A program made the position numbers and the translations under genes. Shown here in pieces: positions 50,643 to 56,068 of a stretch of 56,068 nt of DNA. Within the stretch, counting starts at the first letter, position 1. Every line of letters starts with the position of its first letter. The notes beneath the pieces were generated by a model. The model searched no databases, was not told where the DNA came from, and saw only the letters and a program-made list of their open reading frames with translations. This stretch comes from an uncultured bacterium. GTDB taxonomy: Bacteria; Patescibacteriota; Minisyncoccia; Phycocordibacterales; DATDWN01. Location: contig CAIQCQ010000015.1 in assembly GCA_903870365.1 (NCBI GenBank), positions 1 through 56,068 on the forward strand, in the 5' to 3' direction.

Positions 50643-51914
50643 TTAATATTCTCTGATTGAAACCTGGGCATCAATCTTTTTAATCAAATCAATAACGACC
50701 GATACTACAATCAAAAGGGCTGTACCACCCACAGAGAGTGCAGTGATGCCGGTCAGACCACGGACAATGAGTGGCAAGACTGCGACCATACCAAGGAAGA
50801 GTGCGCCGAAGAGTGTCAGTCGAGTGAGGATCTTTGAGATATACTCTGATGTCGATGCACCTGGACGAACACCTGGGATAAAGGCACCATTCTTTTGCAA
50901 GTTATCTGAGATCTGATCTGGATCAAACGTCACCGCAGTGTAGAAATAGGTAAAGATAAAGACAAGGAAAAAGTAGGCAATACCGTATGCCCAACCGTTA
51001 GAGAGGAAACTATTGACTCCGCCAGCGATAAAAGCCACGATCTGGTTTGAGCTACCGAGTAAAAACTTGGCAATCATTTGCGGAAAAAGCAGGATAGACA
51101 AAGCAAAGATGATGGGGATCACACCCGCTTGATTCAAGCGAAGTGGGAGGTAAGTTGAAGAACCACCGTAGACACGGTTACCACGCACCTGTTTAGCATA
51201 GGTCACAGGGATTGGACGTTCTGCTTCGGTAATAACAACTACCCCAACGATCACGAGCAAAGCAATAGCAGCAAAAACAATATACAACGGCAACTGTGCT
51301 GCGTTAAAGATAAAAGCAAACTGACCAAGGCCTGATGGCAGACGAGAGACAATACCAGCAAAGATAATGAGTGAGACACCATTGCCAATACCGTATTCAG
51401 TGATTAACTCACCAATCCACATCAAGAGGATAGAACCAGCAGTGATGACGAGTAAGTCAGACAACAAAGTAAAGCCTGTTACTACAGTGATAATGTGCTG
51501 GCCTTGCAACAGTTTCAAAAAACCAAAACCTTGGATCAAACCAAGTGGTACTGCAAGCAGTCGGCCGTACTGAGCAAATTTTTGTCGGCCAGCATCTCCT
51601 TCTTCTTGATACATTTCCTTGAGTCGTGGAGACATGATAGTCAACAACTGCATGATGATACTTGCGGTGATGTATGGACTGACACCAAGCATGATGATAG
51701 AGAGCTGTGACAAGCCACCACCAGAAAAGACGTTCAACAAACCGAGAAATTCGTTGTTACTAAAAAATGCAGACAATGCGTTGTGGTCAATACCAGGAAT
51801 TGGAATAACTGCAAGCACACGAAAGACGACAAGTGCACCGATGGTAAACAAAATACGCTTTCTCAAGACCTTGTCCTGCAATACGAGACTAAATTTGTGA
51901 AAAAATGAATTCAT
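50643..51914 (-). CDS. secY: Preprotein translocase SecY
   Basis: LGVSPYITASII, GIGNGVSLIIF, IPGVRPG, GGTALLIVV. Confidence 0.98.
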   Translation of the reverse strand: MNSFFHKFSLVLQDKVLRKRILFTIGALVVFRVLAVIPIPGIDHNALSAFFSNNEFLGLLNVFSGGGLSQLSIIMLGVSPYITASIIMQLLTIMSPRLKEMYQEEGDAGRQKFAQYGRLLAVPLGLIQGFGFLKLLQGQHIITVVTGFTLLSDLLVITAGSILLMWIGELITEYGIGNGVSLIIFAGIVSRLPSGLGQFAFIFNAAQLPLYIVFAAIALLVIVGVVVITEAERPIPVTYAKQVRGNRVYGGSSTYLPLRLNQAGVIPIIFALSILLFPQMIAKFLLGSSNQIVAFIAGGVNSFLSNGWAYGIAYFFLVFIFTYFYTAVTFDPDQISDNLQKNGAFIPGVRPGASTSEYISKILTRLTLFGALFLGMVAVLPLIVRGLTGITALSVGGTALLIVVSVVIDLIKKIDAQVSIREY

Positions 51915-52008
51915 GTTGATAGAGTTATGAGACAAGAGATTTGAGATATGATGTGTAATTAGAATATCTTGAATTTTTCATATCTCATCTCTCTTATCTC
52001 GTGTCTCA

Positions 52009-52461
52009 TTATACTACTATTTTTCCTCCCAACTTTTCTACCTCAGCCTGTGCTGTAGCAGAAAATGTAAAACCTGAAAAAGAAAGTTTCTTGGTCAATG
52101 GAGCCTTTGCGGTACTACTGAGAATTTTTACTGATGGAATTTTACCCTTGTATATAGTGATCAACTTATGTTCAATCAATACCTGTGGAGTGACAGTCAC
52201 TCCAGCATCACAGACGCCAGCAATGCGCGAGAGAGACAAAACAATAGGCTTGTTCTGAATCGAGAGGTTACTGTTTTTACCGCGACCTCGCAACTTTGGC
52301 AGACGTTTAATAAAGTCTCGAAGTTCTGGACGGTTCTTGTGACCAGCACGAGCATTCTGACCTTTTGTTCCACGGCCAGATGTTTTTCCACGAGTTCCAC
52401 CACGACCAACTTGTGCTGATGTTTTATTCTTATGAAGTCTTTTTACATTATGTTTTTGCAT
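52009..52461 (-). CDS. rplO: 50S ribosomal protein L15
   Basis: GRGGTRGKTSGRGTKGQNAR. Confidence 0.97.
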   Translation of the reverse strand: MQKHNVKRLHKNKTSAQVGRGGTRGKTSGRGTKGQNARAGHKNRPELRDFIKRLPKLRGRGKNSNLSIQNKPIVLSLSRIAGVCDAGVTVTPQVLIEHKLITIYKGKIPSVKILSSTAKAPLTKKLSFSGFTFSATAQAEVEKLGGKIVV

Positions 52462-52470
52462 GGCGGTATA

Positions 52471-53157
52471 TTATTTTACTTCTTTTTGCACCTCAAGATT
52501 ACTTGATGCGTAAGTGTTCGCTTTCGCTCCCTTATCTCTCACTGCCTTGAGCGTTTTCAATGCTTTAATTGCAGCCCGCGCATTGTTCAATGGATTCTTA
52601 CTTCGTGACAAAAGTTTTGCACCAACTTCTTTGAGTCCAGCAAATTCCAAAACAGTTCGGACCGATGAACCCGCAAGCACACCTTTACCAGGAGCTCGCA
52701 TGATCATCACTTGTGATGATGCATACTTTGCAGAGACTTCATGAGGGATAGAATGATTTTTAGTCATGGTAATACGAACCATATTTTTCTTGGCACTTCG
52801 AAAGGCTTTATCGATAGCCAACGGGGTGTCAGAGGCTTTACCAAGACCAATACCGACTCGTCCAGCTCGGTCCCCTGCCACTACTGCCACAGAGAAAGAA
52901 AAACGTCGCCCACCAGTCACCACACGAGTCACACGACGAATATTGATGATCTTCTGATCAAACTCTGGCTTGACTCGCTCTCGTGGCTCACGGCGATTCT
53001 GTGGCTTTCTGACATTACGTCGTAGTGGTCCACGATCATCTCGAGTGTCACGTCCACCAATAGCTGGTTGTGCAAAAACAGGTGCAGCAGGTACTACAAC
53101 TGCCTCTGTAGGAGTTTCAGTTTTTACTATTTCTTTGTCTAAATTGTTTTCGTCCAT
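52471..53157 (-). CDS. rpsE: 30S ribosomal protein S5
   Basis: RVTRVVTGGRRFSF. Confidence 0.97.
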   Translation of the reverse strand: MDENNLDKEIVKTETPTEAVVVPAAPVFAQPAIGGRDTRDDRGPLRRNVRKPQNRREPRERVKPEFDQKIINIRRVTRVVTGGRRFSFSVAVVAGDRAGRVGIGLGKASDTPLAIDKAFRSAKKNMVRITMTKNHSIPHEVSAKYASSQVMIMRAPGKGVLAGSSVRTVLEFAGLKEVGAKLLSRSKNPLNNARAAIKALKTLKAVRDKGAKANTYASSNLEVQKEVK

Positions 53158-53166
53158 ATTTCAAAA

Positions 53167-53517
53167 TTAAAATGTAAGTCCGCCTTGGCGTGCCCCCTCG
53201 GCAATAGCCTTGACCTTTCCAGTGTATGAATATCCTCCTCGGTCAAAAACTACCATGGTTATCTTTTTTGCCAATGCTTTCTCGGCAATATCCTGACCCA
53301 GAGCGGTTGCTTTTTCCATCAATGTCTTACCCTTGACCACCTTTGAATGAGACGCAGCAACAGTCACACCCAACACATCGTCAATCAACTGCGCAGAAAT
53401 ATGTGCATTTGATTTAAAGACAGATAAACGTGGTCGTGTGGCGGTACCAGAAATCTTTGCACGAATACGCTTCTTTCGTCTCTCTCGTTGTTCTGTTTTA
53501 ACTTGTGACTTGTTCAT
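53167..53517 (-). CDS. rplR: 50S ribosomal protein L18
   Basis: RPRLSVFKS, VFDRGGY. Confidence 0.97.
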   Translation of the reverse strand: MNKSQVKTEQRERRKKRIRAKISGTATRPRLSVFKSNAHISAQLIDDVLGVTVAASHSKVVKGKTLMEKATALGQDIAEKALAKKITMVVFDRGGYSYTGKVKAIAEGARQGGLTF

Positions 53518-53563
53518 TATTTTCTTATTCTAGATTCTTACTTCAAGATTCTAGCTTCTATCC

Positions 53564-54097
53564 TTAGGCTGTCTTTTTACCTTGCTTGCGCTTGATAACC
53601 TCACCCTCATATCGGAACCCTTTACCCTTGTATGGCTCTGGCTTCTTCAACGATCGCAAGTTTGCTGCAAACAACCCAACTTCTTCTTTGTTAATACCTG
53701 AAACAGTAATAACATTTTTCTCTGCAGTTATCTTTAAACTCGCAGGTATTGGTACATTAACAGGGTGTGAAAAACCAAGTGCCATCGCAAGTGTTGTTCC
53801 CTTTACCTCTGATTTATATCCGATACCTTCAAGTATAAGCTTTTTTACAAACGGTGTATTGACACCAGCAACCATATTTACAATATGTGAACCATATGTC
53901 CCCCACAATGCCACAGTATCCAATGTTTCTTTCTTTGGCTTTAGTGTCACTTCTGTTGGAGTAATCATAATATCAATATCAGCCTTCAGCGCTTTACTGA
54001 GCTCGCCATGAGGACCGACTACTTTCAAAACACCATCAACAAGTGTGACAGTTGTTTTTTCAGGGATTACTATTACTTTTTTTCCAATTCGTGACAT
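53564..54097 (-). CDS. rplF: 50S ribosomal protein L6
   Basis: MSRIGK, PEPYKGKG. Confidence 0.97.
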   Translation of the reverse strand: MSRIGKKVIVIPEKTTVTLVDGVLKVVGPHGELSKALKADIDIMITPTEVTLKPKKETLDTVALWGTYGSHIVNMVAGVNTPFVKKLILEGIGYKSEVKGTTLAMALGFSHPVNVPIPASLKITAEKNVITVSGINKEEVGLFAANLRSLKKPEPYKGKGFRYEGEVIKRKQGKKTA

Positions 54098-54112
54098 ATA
54101 TCGTATTAATTT

Positions 54113-54502
54113 TTACCACACCTGCAACAAAGCCTCACCTCCCAAACTCTGCTTGCGTGCATCACTGCCAGTCAAGATACCCTTTGGAGTCGACATGATC
54201 ATGACACCATATCCATTTCGAACTGGTCGAATGTCCTTGGCACCCATATAGACACGCTTTGATGACTTTGAGATACGCTTTGCCTGACTGATCTTTGGTG
54301 TGCCGTCAGCTTCGTAGGCAAGTTTGACCTCAATGTATTTGACTACTTTTTTACCTTTCTTGGTCACTCCAGCCACAAAACCTGCATGTGCCAAACATTC
54401 CAAAATAGCCATTTTCATCTTTGAATGTGTCAAAACCACCGTCTCCTTTTTCATAGTTCCGGCGTTCTTTATCTGAATTATCATGTTAGCAATTGAATCC
54501 AT
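54113..54502 (-). CDS. rpsH: 30S ribosomal protein S8
   Basis: D.IANM...IKNA, STPKG, GGE. Confidence 0.97.
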   Translation of the reverse strand: MDSIANMIIQIKNAGTMKKETVVLTHSKMKMAILECLAHAGFVAGVTKKGKKVVKYIEVKLAYEADGTPKISQAKRISKSSKRVYMGAKDIRPVRNGYGVMIMSTPKGILTGSDARKQSLGGEALLQVW

Positions 54503-54643
54503 GGTTTTGTATGTTGTCCTGGCCGTATCTCACTCGAGAGAGTTGAGACGTACCAAGGGTGTTAGGGTATCATATTATCTTCAACTTGGCTACCCATTGT
54601 GTTTCAAATTTGAGGCAAGGTCGCGTCTAAATTTGGAAAACGA

Positions 54644-54829
54644 TTACCAAGATGATTTCTTGATGCCAGGAAGCTTCCCCTCATTTGCCAATTCCCGGAA
54701 ACAAATACGGCAAAGATCAAACGCACGCATATAGCCATGTCGTCGTCCACAACGAAAACAACGATTGGTGTCCATCGTAGCGTACTTATGCTTTTTGACT
54801 GATCGTGCGATTGTGGATGTCTTTGCCAT
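54644..54829 (-). CDS. rpsN: 30S ribosomal protein S14, zinc-binding type Z
   Basis: RCFRCGR...LCRICFRE. Confidence 0.97.
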   Translation of the reverse strand: MAKTSTIARSVKKHKYATMDTNRCFRCGRRHGYMRAFDLCRICFRELANEGKLPGIKKSSW

Positions 54830-54934
54830 CTAAATTAAAATAGCTTCGAAAAGCTCTTTGCATACTACCAAAATCTTTTTACAAAGTCAAAGAAAATGCC
54901 GGGTCCCTCCACATAGGAGAAACCCGACATTACG

Positions 54935-55429
54935 CTACTTTTTGACTAGTAGCTGTTCCGACTGAACAGCGTCAACTAGTTCACAACACAAAGAAAGTGC
55001 GTACGACATATCCCATGTAGCTGAATAATACTTGTCCCCATGTGCGTCTAAGGAGTATCGAATCTCGATATCCTTGTCACCCAGATGAGGAACGAGACTC
55101 ACAAACACCCGAAAAAATACAACACCCCTATATTGAAACGGATCATCCGGAGGATTTGATTTACTCTTACTCGGTCTGATCCCTCCAATAACACACACGG
55201 AATGGTTTAACTGCTCCACAATTTCAATACCAGAACCGCCTTTCCGCGCCACATACCCAAGGAATTGCTTAATCTCTTGAGCACGTTCCACCTGTCTATC
55301 GCGCGGGCTCTGTATTCGTGGCAAACCTTCAGGATGAAAAACTCGTCGGAAAAACTTCCGAAAAAAAAGTGTGTCATATAGAAATACAGCAACCCCAACC
55401 AATACAGCAATGATCTTCCACGTTTCCAT
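54935..55429 (-). CDS. Hypothetical membrane-anchored protein
   Basis: GGAGGG before ATG, N-terminal TM, downstream hairpin 54895-54931. Confidence 0.7.
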   Translation of the reverse strand: METWKIIAVLVGVAVFLYDTLFFRKFFRRVFHPEGLPRIQSPRDRQVERAQEIKQFLGYVARKGGSGIEIVEQLNHSVCVIGGIRPSKSKSNPPDDPFQYRGVVFFRVFVSLVPHLGDKDIEIRYSLDAHGDKYYSATWDMSYALSLCCELVDAVQSEQLLVKK

Positions 55430-55545
55430 ATACATCCCTCCCAAAAGAACACTACAGTATACCTATATAAAAAGTCAATATATTCCAACTATCCTACTGT
55501 CATTTTCCATCAAAGCCACCGGCGTACATTATGGAGCTCAATAGA

Positions 55546-55707
55546 ATGGCCAGAACAACAGAAGAGATAGATATTGATCTGTAAGCAAACAAAGAAGCAC
55601 AAACAGCAGACATTGAAGCAGAAGCCACTCTCCAACAGGAAAAGGCTGATGCTGTACAAGAAGCCGCCGACGAAGCCCGTGAAAAAGCAGACGAGGCTGA
55701 GAAATAG
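55546..55707 (+). pseudogene. Small acidic Ala/Glu-rich helical ORF with in-frame TAA (55582-55584)
   Basis: MARTTEEIDIDL*ANKEAQTADIEAEATLQQEKADAVQEAADEAREKADEAEK*; GGAG upstream, terminator downstream. Confidence 0.55.
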
Positions 55708-55719
55708 AGAAAAAAGGAA

Positions 55720-55760
55720 ATAAGAACGGTGCACCCAACAGGGTGCACCGTATTTTTATT
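55720..55760. terminator. Intrinsic terminator
   Basis: ACGGTGCACCC-AACA-GGGTGCACCGT followed by T-rich run. Confidence 0.75.
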
Positions 55761-55876
55761 CAAAAAATACCTCGGTCCCTCTGGGGCGAGGATCGACGGA
55801 ACGGACTTTTTTATATATGAAAAAACCGGCGAGCCCCTTTATGGGAATCGCCGGCTGGTTGTGGAGAAATAAAAGA

Positions 55877-55952
55877 TTAGCGAGCTCCGGCGCGTGCGTC
55901 TTCGTACGCCATCGCATATGTTTCAGCGATAAACGCTTTGAGATCTGAGATA
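55877..55952 (-). pseudogene. C-terminal remnant of a gene cut by the IS
   Basis: ..ISDLKAFIAETYAMAYEDARAGAR* followed by a terminator (55820-55857); frame closes inside the IS end. Confidence 0.5.
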
Positions 55953-56068
55953 ATCCATTCCGTAATGAATCAGGACAGTTGTATCATTCTTGTATGGCGA
56001 AAAAACCAAAATTGAAGTTAGTCGATAGATTAGAAATCAAGATCTTGTTAGACAAAGGGTATGGATAC
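55953..56068 (+). mobile_element. IS30-family element, left end and transposase N-terminus (55994..>56068)
   Basis: MAKKPKLKLVDRLEIKILLDKGYGY resembles the IS30 N-terminal HTH; IR matches 81-107. Confidence 0.75.

Noticed and set aside
55500-55763. Three overlapping minus-strand ORFs
   Set aside because: Antisense shadows of the purine-rich + strand mini-gene.

Overview
56-kb fragment of a small-genome bacterium, almost certainly Patescibacteria/CPR (Parcubacteria-like). The evidence is no rpmD between rpsE and rplO, a type IV pilus cluster without a secretin, CCA-less tRNA genes, -10 boxes directly in front of start codons, and a group I intron at position 35/36 of tRNA-Asp. Genetic code 11. 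The window starts with the 3' end and finishes with the 5' end of an IS30-like element. Housekeeping content: ABC-F, pyrG, prfB-ftsE-ftsX, gatCA, ligA, pil operon, comF, ftsH, smpB plus tmRNA, ccdA/DipZ, infC-rpmI-rplT, ndk, map, adk, secY and part of the spc operon, plus six tRNAs and one pseudo-tRNA. The most unusual signals are mostly non-coding: (1) three tRNA genes each followed by a structurally conserved ~85-nt two-hairpin core bracketed by inverted copies of that tRNA's own 3' end, cut at the T-loop; (2) a four-helix-bundle gene flanked by inverted heptamer arrays, with about ten empty heptamer hairpins elsewhere and two in-frame inserts; (3) ~100-bp CCCGTTAGA MITEs that land on start codons; (4) a repeat-delimited gene-cassette array at tRNA-Gln; (5) an EmrB/dual-adaptor operon ending in an S41 pseudo-protease carrying a J-like domain. 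All calls were made by eye, with no database searches.
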